Program-made: the position numbers and the translations under genes
The notes under the pieces: model-generated
The model's database searches: none
Told to the model about the DNA's origin: nothing
The model's input: the letters and a program-made list of their open reading frames with translations, nothing else
Source: Ruditapes philippinarum
Taxonomy: Eukaryota
Length of the DNA stretch: 64,000 nt
Assembly: GCF_026571515.1 (NCBI RefSeq)
Contig: NW_026867377.1
Span: 248,001 to 312,000 of the forward strand
Reading direction: 5' to 3'
Shown: piece by piece, positions 37,242-49,799 of the stretch
How the letters are laid out: each line of letters opens with the position of its first letter
How positions within the stretch are numbered: the stretch's first letter is position 1

Positions 37242-40200
37242 TTATGGCCCCGAAAATTTTCGTGCTAAAAACGATTCCCCGTTAGACACGTGTTTCCGTT
37301 TTGGAGCGTGAAACGCGAGAGCCGAACAAACCAATGTAACCACTATAGCCACTGCAGTGATGTAGAAACACCATGAAAATGAGCAATCACCTGAAATTAA
37401 ACAATTTACACAGATGTTAACTTAGTTGTTTATATTTATATGCCACTCAGTCGTCTGTTTTACTTCACGTGGCTTGAATAGCATATGTAAAACACGAATC
37501 CAATAAATCGTCATAATCTTCTAAATGGTAATCAGTAATGACATGGTATAGAGTGATTCTGTTTGGTTCGGATCTACTCGCTTTAAAATGCAAGCTCTAT
37601 ATTAATTTAGAATAAAAGATAAAGGGATGGTTTGTCTCAACGGTTTGAAAATATTATAATACAGAAACATCCAGACACAGCTGTACCGTCCTATGATCGT
37701 ATTTATAACAATGAGTAGTTTGATATTGAGTACAACCATTGTTTGTACTAATGTGAATAGATGTAGTATGTTAAATTACTCTACTATATTCTCGATCGCT
37801 TTTGTACATTTAAAAATAACAATTAACTAGTAAATTTTGTAATTTTTTGTTTATAAGGATTTTTACCGGGCAAAATGGGGGCCCTAGATCGTTTACTTAC
37901 TTCGTGCAAGCGAAAGCCCAATTTACAATGCGATGTGGGAAAATATCACAAAACCATGTGAGGCAATTCGTGCCTCGGATATTAGTGGCCACACGAAAAT
38001 ATTAGTGCGTACGTGATAGGGTTTTTGTTTCAATCGATAGGTATAAACCCCTGGGGCCCTGATTGTGTAATACTGCCCTGCGATATAACGTGGCCACACA
38101 GGCAATTTCGTGCGCACGGGTAGTTATTATGTGGCCATGAGATAGTTATAGTATTACGATAGTAATACGTGACCATGCGTTACATACTACGTATGTATTA
38201 TGTATGCGTGCGCATGAAAAACATATCGTGTGGCCACGTATTTTAATGTATTAGCTATTACGTGGCAACGTAATATCGTTGCGTACGAACGATTTACTAT
38301 GTCCCCTTTATGCCACAGTACTTTTATTTTCCATCTGCCTGTATGTATATTTGTTTATAAACATACATATGTGTCAATACATGTTTCACGTGCTGATGAA
38401 CCACTTTTATGATAATTTATTGAAAAACTATTATTCCATTTCATTTAGGGCATTCCGCCCTTTATTATCTGTAAGAAAAACAACAACAACACAACAACAA
38501 CAAGAAAAGTCATACTCTACCAAGATTGTAAGACCTCGAAGTGTTTCCACATGCCTGTTGAATTTCCGGGCTGTCCAAACCTTTCGGATAAATACTTACG
38601 CCAGTAACCATTAGTAAACCTGCAAATTTAAATTTCCTGTACATGAATAATAGAATACATGACATTTTGGGACAATTAGGAGATTACAACATGTGTAAAT
38701 ATATAAATATTGATGCAGCTTTAAACTGTCAAATGAAAATATTTCTTAAAGACAGATATATTCTAGTTTATAGCGAGTCAGTGAGTCTGGCGAGCTTCAC
38801 AAGTCAGAGTTCAATGTAAAGCTATATAAAATGACAACAAAGGCAAGATTCTTTTTTTAACACATGGCATAATAAAGCATGTTTAATAAACAGAAATATG
38901 TGATGATTTTAAATAACATTAAAAACAAGCGATATTTATCTATCATAAATAGATACATGTATATATATTATAAAAATATAAAAATCCAACATGCTGACTT
39001 TCTTTTTTAACTCAGTATATAAAGTATAACAAGTGGCAATTAAGAAAAATGGCAAGTGTCAGAGTTCACTTAAAGAGGTATGTTTGTTTGTTGACATTTT
39101 GACACATGCCATGTACTTTACGCAACATGTGGTTAAGTGACTAGTTTAAGTAGATTTGCTATGTGATCGTTTGCTTTGCTTATTATGAATGTAAATCGAA
39201 TAGTTCGAAATAAGCGAGGTCCTGACACAGTGATATATATGAAACTTAGAGAAAAAATTTCGTCACCTAAGTGCAGTAACTGGTCAAATCCTTTTAAATT
39301 TAACGGAGTTTACCAGGTGACGAATTGCAGGAAAGCTCGGATTCTTCTAAATCAAGACTAGAGTATTCAATAATTTAAGAACTGTATGTTTAAATTTAAA
39401 CATCAAATAAATATTGATTGTATTTAATGCTTGCTATAAACAACCTTGCCTTCATTATATTAAAAATAAAAGTGTAAAGTAAATATACAAATTCCGATAG
39501 TCAACAGCTATAGCATAACGAGTGTCAGGAGCTACTATTATATATTAAATTGACATTTTACGCATGTCAGAAATCTTGCAGAAGTCTTGATCCGTTAAAA
39601 GGCATTAATATTTCCATGTGAACCGTATATTCTCTCATGAACGCCCCCGCCTCTTTTGACATGGAGGAAAACTGAGTTACCAAGGCGATATTATTTTTCT
39701 GTTACTAAAAGGAAATAAGCTTCATTATTCAGAATCAAGCGAAAAACAACACAAACACAGTAAACATTTTCCTTTCGTTTTGACAAGATTGAACCTTTTC
39801 GAAAATGTGAAGAAAACCCGTACCTAGGCATTTATTAACGTATACACGACATTTAAATGAATAATTAAATATAAATATAACGAGATTAATAATGTTAATT
39901 GTTATTAAACCATCATAGACGAAAGCTGGCGCCTTGCAGTGTGATTTGAAAAAATAAATGGTCACATAACATTTGTCAATAAAATATAAATGTATACCTG
40001 AACACATTTGAAGAATTCCCGCCGACCGTGCAACCGTCGGGATGACCACGCCCTTGATACAAACGCCAAACATAGCAGTTAGTGATACGAGAAGGCAAAT
40101 GCCACATGCTAGTCCATTAACAAGGGTGGTTATTTGCCATGACGTACTTGGAATGTCCTTGAACGTCGTGTAGCGTCCACATTCTAAGACTACTGAAACT

Positions 40201-40403
40201 TCCCCGGCGGCATTTAACGCCGGATAATTACACCGACGAAATATACCAAAATGTACGGGAACAGTTTGTTCCGATTTCCCATTCAGTTGAATTAACAATT
40301 GTCCGGTTATCCAGTATGGCATAAAATACCCAACACACAATATTGCAGACGAAATGAAGGACGAAAATGCCCAAAACACTCCGATTCCCGAAAGTCCCGA
40401 CAT
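37242..40403 (-). CDS. LHFPL6: LHFPL6-like copy D (most diverged); exons 40403-39998, 38619-38521, 37390-37242 (true stop possibly TAG at 37265-37267)
   Basis: Exon 1 406 nt. Exon 2 99 nt, GLLMVTGVSIYPKGLDSPEIQQACGNTSRSYNLG (donor GTAGAG). Exon 3 DCSFSWCFYITAVAIVVTLVCSALAFHAPKRKHVSNGESF(LARKFSGP*). The 3' end lies in suspect sequence. Confidence 0.9.
37864..38320. mobile_element. MITE with internal (A/T)CGTG(G/C)(C/G)CAC repeats in intron 2 of copy D
   Basis: Right end ctatgtcccctttatgccacagta. Left end taccgggcaaaatgggggccctag is a corrupted inverse of it. Many acgtggccac/tcgtgcgcacg motifs inside; TA ends. Confidence 0.6.
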
Positions 40404-42837
40404 TGCTTTAACAATACTATATCCCACATATAATTTGATCAACCAAATATTCTTAAAATATGTCAAAGTAGTGTATATAAACTAAATTAACATATCTGAA
40501 GTGTTGAACAAATTTAAAGTCCCCATTTGAATACCATCTTATCATATATTCCACTCATGTTTCCGGTATCTATCACCACTTCATCAATAATGATCCAAAT
40601 TAAGTCATGTAGCAATTGGAGGTTTATTTACAAATCTATTCAAACGCATCATATACGTTATTTCCATTTCATTAACTACGCACACTTCTCGTTCTCGGCC
40701 GTCCGAAATAATCCTTATTAGTAAATTCAAACTCACCGTGATATAAAGGTTCACAACATTTCCATCATAATTATACTTTAAAAGCAGGGAATAAATGCTA
40801 CATTTACGAGTCTGGATATAATCCGGGCAATAAAACTCAATAATCCACTTTCTTCTCTATTTTTTTGCTATCGACTGGCTCGAGTATCTTTAAGTATTAC
40901 CCCTCCACAATAAAACATGAGCAATTTATGGGACCTCAGTTTATTGCAGGGACGAATATGTGTATTTTCATCATTTCTGCAATATAAAGTCATTCATTGC
41001 AATCCGTATTTGCACATTTATTTTCCCGCGCTTACATATCTTTATTTGTAAAATTTTATCTAGCTAATCCGTTTTTATCCTTTAACAAGACACTAGCTAA
41101 ATATTTCATTTCACAAAACTAAACGTTAACAATACTTTCAGATTAAATTGTTTAACTTTGTCTGCTCCTTTAGTTGATAAGGTATTGGTCGAAATCCTGC
41201 AAGAAAAATACACGAACATAAAAAACTGATATAGAGTTATTTACAAATGCGCTTTACTAATTCATCATGTCCTAGCAAAAATGCAAAAAAAGGTTACACA
41301 CGAAAATGAATTTTCATATAATTATCTTAATAACAAATTTCAAACACTATGAATTTACCCTCTGGAATGTACTAACTTTTTACGACTTAGAGCTTCACAT
41401 ATTTTGTCTCATTTACATGTATAATATTTTTTTTAGATATACATCCCGAATTCAAAATAATTATAATAATTAAGAAGCTTTAAATGTGAGCTATTTACGT
41501 CTTGTAAACTTTAAAATGTAATAAATTTGTGTTTAACTAATACTCTAAAATGCTTATACATAAACATATTTCATGTCACGGATGATTTGTAAGTTTACTA
41601 GAGCGTTAGCAACTAATAATTACATTTTTTTTACAAATAATGTTTTTATTTCACATATTGATGACTTTACAAAAATATTAAATAACACATTTAGAAATTA
41701 CAATGTACAGTAGCAAAGCGAACAAACAAAATACCAAAAAAAGGAGGAACTAAAAATAACGCAATCTTTATTTAATAAACGTGTAAATATTTAGTGTAAA
41801 GACAAATAAGATAAATAAAAACATATTGTATAATGATATTAAAGTACATTACTATTTATCTTTTTATGGTGCAATTTTTATTATATTTAAGACACAGTCT
41901 ATAATATAAATAAGAAAACTATATACAGATTTGATACGAAATTTGTAATAAAAATCAAAATATATATTTTCTTACCAGCAAAAATCAAACGGTTTTAAAA
42001 TCCGGCATAGCTTGAATTCTTCAAGCGCGTGCTACCCTAAAAATGATTGAAAATACCTAATTAGGCGTAATGATAAACCAAACGTACACTAATCTTATAC
42101 TAAGTGAGAGACAATACGTCAATCGCAACTTTTCGGTCCTTTCCGTCAGTCTTCGGATAAGGACCTCGAACACAATAGTATGAATACACAGAACGGATGC
42201 GGTATTTCGGTCTAACCTACGCTAAGAAACTAAACACGTAAACAAATAGTAAATTAATGCTCGGGGTTGTTGACAAGTTTATTTCCAAAACATGTAGTAA
42301 AAGTCCACCTAAAATAATTGAATTCATAGGTACAAAAGCAAACAATACATTATATATTTATTTATTATTATGGTTGTAGAAACCGTAAGTACAAAAAAAA
42401 CATTTAGTCGGATTTGTTTAAAATTGTACATCAGTGGGCATATTTAAATTACAAATTGTTGTCAGACATATTTTCAATCATAAGAGTACCGAAACAGACA
42501 TTACTTTTCTTTTGGATGTCAAATATATACATTCGTTTTACATTATCTCTGTTTCTGCTTACATATGAAACCACGTGGTAGAACTATTTTCAATCCGTAT
42601 TGTTTCCGAGGTTATTATAGATAATAGCTGAGGATGCTCCGATTGACAATACGTACATTATCATAATGTCTGACGTTAACATCGGGAGTTTCCGTAAACA
42701 ACATCGGGAGATTCCGTATGAAACATCGGAAAAGGAATAAGGTGATCAAATTACGTAAAACATTTGGATACATTTCTTAATTATAATGCAATATTGTAAT
42801 GACAGGAATGCAATAGTGTTGATATTTTGCACGTTAA

Positions 42838-43167
42838 AGCAGCACGCCGCCAGATTCATGGTAATTTTCATGAAAATTTTGAAAATGTATTTGAATGTAC
42901 AATGTATAATATTGTGAAATAACCAAATTGAAGCAATTTATACATTATCAATGGCACTTACAAACCACGTAAATTACCAAAAAAAGTGGTCAAAATATGC
43001 ATAAATAGCCCTTACTGCCTTAGCAACGCTGTAGAAATATAGTTGTAAATACTAAAAAATCAGTATTTAACCGCACATAACATGTAAAATATAACTTGAA
43101 TCATTTTAATATATTTCTCAAGTTTGATTTCAATGAAATATTTTGACACATCTAGAGGCGTACAGCT
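42838..43167. mobile_element. TTAA-flanked MITE (Kolobok-like by inference)
   Basis: TTAA|AGCAGCACGCCGCCAGAT ... ATCTAGAGGCGTACAGCT|TTAA imperfect TIRs. A second copy starts at ~59514. Confidence 0.75.
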
Positions 43168-43398
43168 TTAAGGCTTATAAAGAGAATGCTTTCTAATTTG
43201 TGAGACAACAATAACAAAAATTAAGAAAACATAAAAAATACAGCAAAAACTTGTATATAGTATTATGACAGGTATATTTTCCTTCGTCAAAATAAAGAAA
43301 CTTTTCTATTAAAAAGATGACAACAACAAATAACTCATACTGAAGTGTAAATCATTACATGAAGATTCACTTGTTCATGTGCCGCAAATAAAACCTAA

Positions 43399-44013
43399 AG
43401 GCACATTATGCCTCAGAAGTCAATATTTATATAATTCTCTAGAAATGTCAAACATGTGTTTAATAATGTTTTAATAAATGATTTAGAGCATGTTAGATGT
43501 TTAACAGCTGAAGAAAGTAACGCTGAATGTGCGCTTATGTGTCGTAAAGGTAGCTAAATGTAAACAAAGTAGTATTTTGACTTCTATACAAAACACTAAT
43601 TTACCATAATTATGTTATAACCTCTGCCCAAATAGCAAAAGAAGCAAAGTTAATTCACCTATTTGGCAAATTTATGTATGGTATTTTTTTTTGAAACTGC
43701 AACAAGATACGAAAAATATAAAGAATGTTTTTTTGAGAAATAAAATGAGCCGCGTCACGACAAAACAAACATAGTGCGTTTGCGACCTGCATGGATCCAG
43801 ACCAGCCTGCGCATCCGCACAGTCTGATCAGGATCCATGCTGTTCGCTTACCAACTCTATTACAAGTAGAGAAACTGATAGCGAACAGCATGGATCCTAA
43901 TCAGACTGCGCGGATGCGCAGGCTGGTCTGGATCCATGCTGGTCGCAAACCCATTACGTTGGTTTTGTCGTGACGCGGCTCAAATGATGAAATTTCTAAG
44001 GCATAGTGGGCCT
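43399..44013. mobile_element. TTAA-type MITE (Kolobok-like) hosting a nested palindromic MITE
   Basis: ctaa|AGGCACATTATGCCTCAGAA ... TTCTAAGGCATAGTGGGCCT|ttaa inverted termini. Confidence 0.7.
43747..43981. mobile_element. 235-bp fold-back MITE with AAAT TSD
   Basis: GAGCCGCGTCACGACAAAAC ... GTTTTGTCGTGACGCGGCTC. Arms of ~100 bp are nearly self-complementary. AAAT at 43743-43746 and 43982-43985. Confidence 0.9.
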
Positions 44014-45628
44014 TTAATAGTATACCTAGATAAAGTATGCATGCCCCACTTGTAACTAGAAACTTCTACTCTGATTGTGATGTATCACTTTTTAATAAGT
44101 TTAACCCCATGTCTTAATTAGATTTATTTACCCATAAACATCTTATTGTTCAAATTTTCCCACGAGAAACTAAATTTGTTCAAGTATTTGTTTACTTCCA
44201 ATTGTTTTTTGCAAGAAACAAATTGCAGATAACACATGTATTGTTTTAATTTGAAATTCGAAGTTTGCATTAAATTCATTTTTCCTTACTTTTGCAAAGT
44301 TGATGCTATAGGAAAAGTTGCCTGCTTTTAAAATGAGATTTTTTTTGACGGATTGTCTGATATGCAGGCTTCGTAACCTAGGACCTCCCTTCAAAATTCC
44401 ATTGACTTATTATTAATTATCAACATTTTCCTTGTTTTGTGCACGCTTAGGGCATGCGCATTTTGTATACTTTAGGACCATAATCCGCTTTTCATTGAAT
44501 GTATGGAAGGTATAACAACATAGATAGAATGAATAGATTATGTAATAATTGTACCATGCATAAATTAGAAGATGAATACCATTTTTTATTAGTTTGCCCT
44601 AAATACAGACATCTAAGACTTAAATACTTTAAAAGATTTTATTGCCATTGGCCAAGTATTTTTAAAATTTGAAAAGCTTATGTCAGAGCACCAAAAAAGT
44701 ACAGTTAACAAAGTTGCCAAATATATATACTTTGCGAACAATTTAAGAAATTAAAAGATGGATGATATCGTGTATACTTCTCTGACTATTCTGTATGTTT
44801 TGTTAAGCTTCATTTAAAGTTCACATCAGTATATGATTGTAAATATTGGCTATATGCACCTTTCAGGTGTTTAATGCTTAATAAATGTTGTTGTTGTTGT
44901 TGTTTTAACTTATTGGAACGATATACGATAAGATGCAACGTACATTAACAAACCTTCTGCTCTCCATATAATTACGTCATAAAAGCTTGACTTCTCAGTG
45001 AGATATATCATATATCTGAACAATGAAAAACAAATATATTTTTTACATTAAACCCAGGATGTTTTTATCCATCTCCCCAGATAAACCACTTTTATGTATT
45101 AATGTAAAAACCTACATACCTGATTTCATTTTAAATCCCTTCGTTTAATGTTCAAAACAACGAAATGATCGTAGTTATATAGTAAAATATTTAATTTAAT
45201 GTTCCAACAATAGAGCTATTAATCAAACTAGATGTCAAATCTATACATCTTAATAATTCATTTAAAATTCAAATATTTTTGCTCTCGCTTAAAAAGCCCT
45301 TAGGCTGAATATCCCATAGCGCACAAAAAACCCTCCACTACATGCGTAAATTGATTGTAATAACAAATTTGTATGTATTTATACAAAGGAGAAAACTGCG
45401 GGTGTTCCTAAAGAAAAAGAATCTACACTATTTATTTATAAATGGGGTAAGTAAACCTTAAATCTCGGTCATGAATCTCGGTATATATATGAATTACAGG
45501 TGAACACACATTAAGGTCAGATTATATTCATGACATTAACTATTAAATACGTTACTATCACTGTATCATATTAGAAACTATAAACTCCCGCAAACAATAT
45601 CTATACCGTAGCATTAGAAAGTTATTAA

Positions 45629-47280
45629 AGGGTGCATGTCATCCAGACTGATTTGAAAAGGGCTTTGGTCCTCCTTTTGTGCAAAGAAGACCCTCCAACC
45701 CTGTTTAAACGGTTGGATCTAGAATATGGCGTTTTTTCGAAATTTTATGCACTTTATGTAAAGAAAGAAAAAACTCTGGTCCAAAAAATGACCATGCCAT
45801 GCGGAAATATGCCGGACAAAGTTTTTGGGTTAGAGCTTTGGTCTTCAATTTCTGCAAGGAAGACGCTCCAGAGTTGTACAAAAACGAATCTGCAACGGAA
45901 ACAGACACATGGTGTTTAAACGGTGGACTGTAGAATATGGTGTTTTTTTAACACGAAATTTCTAAGACTTTATATACCTACAGAACTAATAGCCGGGATA
46001 AAAAGCTGTCATTTTATGCGGGTCTATTGCCATCATGAGCCTTATATTGTTGTTAAGAATGACATCTAAACCATCACAATCTACTTTTTTTTAAGTACGT
46101 AGTGTTCATTTTTACAATGGCTAGCTGTGCATGCCGTCTATTTCTGTAAGTACGTGCTCTAGAGCGCATTCTGTCCAACAAAACTAAATAACATTCTTAT
46201 CAAGTTGTGATCGATCAAAATAATGTAACACAGAATTTCAGGATAGTTTTGAATCCATGCTGTTACTTTGCAAATTTTAGTTGATCTACGATTATACTGA
46301 AAACAGCAAATTGCCGATCCGAAAACGACGAAGCCATGCGGAAATCTCCCGGACATATTTTTCAGGTTAAGGCTTTGGTCCTCCTTTTGTGCAAAGAAGA
46401 CGCTCCATAGTTGTACAAAACCGAATTTGAAACTGAATCAGACAAATGGTGTTTAAACGGTTGGATCTAGAATATGGTGTTTTTTACGAAAGTTTATGCA
46501 CTTTATATAGAGAAAGAAGAAAAATCTGGTCCAAAAAATGACCATGCCATGCGGAAATATGCCGGACAAAGTTTTTGGGTTAGAGCTTTGGTCCTCATTT
46601 TGTACAAAGAAGACATCCATTGTTGTACAAGTACTAATTTGCAACGGAATCATACAAATCATGTTTAAACGGTCGACTGTAGAATATGGTATTGTTTTTG
46701 CCATTTGTATCGAGAAGGAGCAAATCGCCGGTCCAAAAAATGACCATGCCACGCGGAAATCTCCCGGACATATTGTTTGGCTTAGGGCTTTGGTCCTCAT
46801 TTTGTGCAAAGACGACCCTATAAAGTTGTACAACAACGAATCTGCAATGGGATCAGACAAATGATGTTTAAATGGTGGACTGTAGAATATGTTGTTTTTT
46901 TACATGAAATTTCTAAGACTTTATATACTAACAGAACTAGTCGCCGGTATAAAAAGCGGCAATTTTATGCGGGTCTATTGCTATCATAAGCAATATATTT
47001 TTGTGAAGAATGACCTCTAAACCATCACAATATACTTAATTATTCTACTTTTTTAAGTACGTAGCGTTCACTTTACGATGGTAAGCTGTGCATGATGTCT
47101 TGTTTTGTGTAACAGAACTAAATAACATTCTGGTCAAGTTGTTATGGATCAAAATACATGTATGTAAAAGAAAATTTCAGGAGGGTTTTGTATCCATGAT
47201 GTGACTTTGCAAATTTTAGTTGATCTACGATTATATTGAAAACAGCAAATTGCCGGTCCGAAAACGACGAAGCCATGATG
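45629..47280. repeat. Complex tandem repeat: ~200-bp monomers within a higher-order duplication
   Basis: Anchor ctttggtc at ~45663, 45836, 46373, 46587 and 46788. Block ~45900-46340 is repeated at ~46860-47280. Confidence 0.8.
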
Positions 47281-48240
47281 AAAATTTTGCACGATTGTCT
47301 TTTATATCAAATTCATCGTAAGGCGTCTACGAAACAATTATTAATTGCATTATTTACATTAAAATTTAATAGACATATCAATTGATGTATTTGTATAAAT
47401 TTTACCGTTTTGCTATAATAAGATCGGTATTTGTTGCAAATGCTGATTTTGTAGTCGGTACTGTATAGGTCAATTAATTTTTTAATTATTGGCGCTTAAA
47501 CGTTAAAAATTGAGAAAACAACTTCACATTTTTACGATAATTATTATATTTTTTACCCTGCGTATAAAATTATTTGTCATCAATTTGAGTCACTAAAATG
47601 AAATGTGTCACAATTTCTGCAAAGCCAGGGTTCATCATTGTTACTAAGTTTGGCGTATTCGTTCGCTGAAATAGTAACTCATTTGATGTGCAACCAAGGG
47701 TAGCATGCCTTGCAAGACACTGCACGATGGTTTAAAGCTACAGGTCTGTAGCAGCCGCCACAGGGAAATTTAATGGGTCTAGGGTTTAAGGGCATTATGT
47801 TTAGAAAGCTTAATAGTTCTTAGCAAAAACGAAAGTCAATTGGTATTGATAGATTCCTCCTTGTATGCTGGGTGTTGTAGAATATTTGATGTAGAACATT
47901 AGTTTGAGATTAGGAGAAGTTACATTCGAGTTGTTCACTTCCAGTACAGGAATAGTGTAATTTTCTTTTATTTTGCCAATTTGCCTGTCGGCTATATGAA
48001 CAACGCCATGTTTGTTCTCGAAATCGTGAAATTTACCTACTGAGTATTGGTTTTCCAGGGTTAAAATTAGAAACAGCATCGCTTTCGAAATTATGAAAGC
48101 TCGCCAATGATTGGCTGCGTGAAAGGTCGCCAAAAATGACTTCGTATTGGTCACGGTCAGATCTAAATACGGAGCGTTATTTTAAGCTGATTTAAATCAG
48201 ATTTCAGATTGGGATTAATTGAGCATGTTCATAAAATCAT

Positions 48241-48440
48241 TTGTTGTGTTGTGTTGTTTTGTTTGATTTTAAGTCAAACCGATGCTGTTGTCAAATGGTA
48301 ACTTTCCAGCTTGACTGGTGGAGGAAAACCTCAAACCCCTTTTTGCATTATGCCACGCACGGACTGGCACCCGAGGTAGAACCACCAACCTTCCGTCAGT
48401 TAGCTGGATACCTTCCTCACATGAAAGATTCCAAAGTCCC
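48241..48440 (-). mobile_element. SINE body and (CAA/CAAAA)-like tail, 5'-truncated; same family as 22588
   Basis: Minus strand reads gggactttggaatctttcatgtgaggaagg...ggtggttctacctcgggtgcc...ttcctccaccagtcaagctggaaag...aaacaacacaacacaacaa. Confidence 0.8.
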
Positions 48441-48954
48441 TTATTATATTCAAAATAGTGATTCAGCGGCCACTATATGAAACCCTCTTAATCCTTGTAA
48501 AATTTATTCGTCCACCAATCACACGGACATTGTGTTCTTGTTTTTTTTTTGCGCAAAACATGCAAAAAGTGTATTTATTAAAAATGTTTACAAGTTTTGA
48601 TAACTTGAAATGCTATTGGTTGGATGCTTTATAATTTTTAGCACAGATGCAGTAGAATAAACCATCAGACTGAACCACCAGTTAGTTACATGGAGTTATT
48701 CTATAATCACATAGTTGTGAGGGAACAGAGATACACTTAACCATTTGAACAAGACTGGTACCCCTCTCTATAGCATTTATACATTACACAGGGTTTTAAA
48801 GGATAACATTTTTAAAGTATGACAGGCAAAGGTAAATTGTAAAAGAAAATACAAGTTCTAAATTTATTCTGAAAGAAAAACAATCTATTTATCATATAAA
48901 TAATATATACATCAACACTTTTCTTATAAATAATACAATCATGTATACTTCAAG

Positions 48955-48992
48955 CAGGGTCTTTCAAATAGAATTCTATTTGAAAGACCCTG
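48955..48992. mobile_element. 38-bp perfect palindrome (two fused 19-bp TIRs) with 7-bp TSD CTTCAAG
   Basis: CAGGGTCTTTCAAATAGAA|TTCTATTTGAAAGACCCTG flanked by CTTCAAG at 48948-48954 and 48993-48999. Confidence 0.75.
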
Positions 48993-49799
48993 CTTCAAGT
49001 TAGGACATAATTACGTAACATAATACATGTATAATACATATATGTCCCAGTATTAAGTTATGACATTTACACCTCTTATAAATGTACTGATTATACCATT
49101 TCGGTGATTGGACTTTTTGACCAGACGATCGCTGGCTGACTATGTCAAATGATTGTTGGAATAATTATAATGAATAACATAATAACAGAGACGAAGATGC
49201 TATCTATATCAGGATATAATACTCGTGTTTCATAATATATAATACTCAAGTAAACACAGTAAACATAAAATCATTACCCTTCTTCCCGTTTTATAAGATA
49301 TAATACTCTTCCTTTAGAGATATGACACCCTTGCTTCATAAAATATATAATTATATGATCTAAAAATAGCTACAATCTCATTGGTTCAAACGGTAGTCAA
49401 CGGAACAAATCATAAAAACATATTCACTTGGTGCAGTAATGGGCTAAGATATAGTATATGTTTATTTGTTTGAAAGAATATCACGCTGTGATTAAAAGAA
49501 TCAGATCTACACGTGTTTAGGGGTCTACACGTCTTTTTCTAGACTTGTGATATCTCAACCAATCAGTATGGCACTTTTATGAACGGTACGCGATATATCA
49601 GTAGAGTATTTTCCTCATCCAAAATGACAATTTCCAAAAATTTTCCAATTGCTTGAAAATATAAAATTTCATTTCAAAGAAAAAACATCACATTCCATAT
49701 TTAATAAAAAGAAAACCATGAAAAAGAAAAAAATACCCCCAAAATCAAAAACAAACATGAACTTCTTCATAGACAAGTAACAGGTTACCTTGAAACAGC

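Noticed and set aside
39735-40466. ORF-track extensions of LHFPL6 exon 1 (243 aa, and 174 aa at 24279) and of exon 3 (21725..22036)
   Set aside because: These are read-through into introns or upstream DNA; conserved splice sites and ATG define the true exons.
45632-46989. ORFs of 60-135 aa on both strands with repeated peptides
   Set aside because: By-products of the ~200-bp tandem repeat, with no domain signature.
47810-48154. 114-aa minus-strand ORF
   Set aside because: Non-ATG start, no recognisable family and no supported splice structure.
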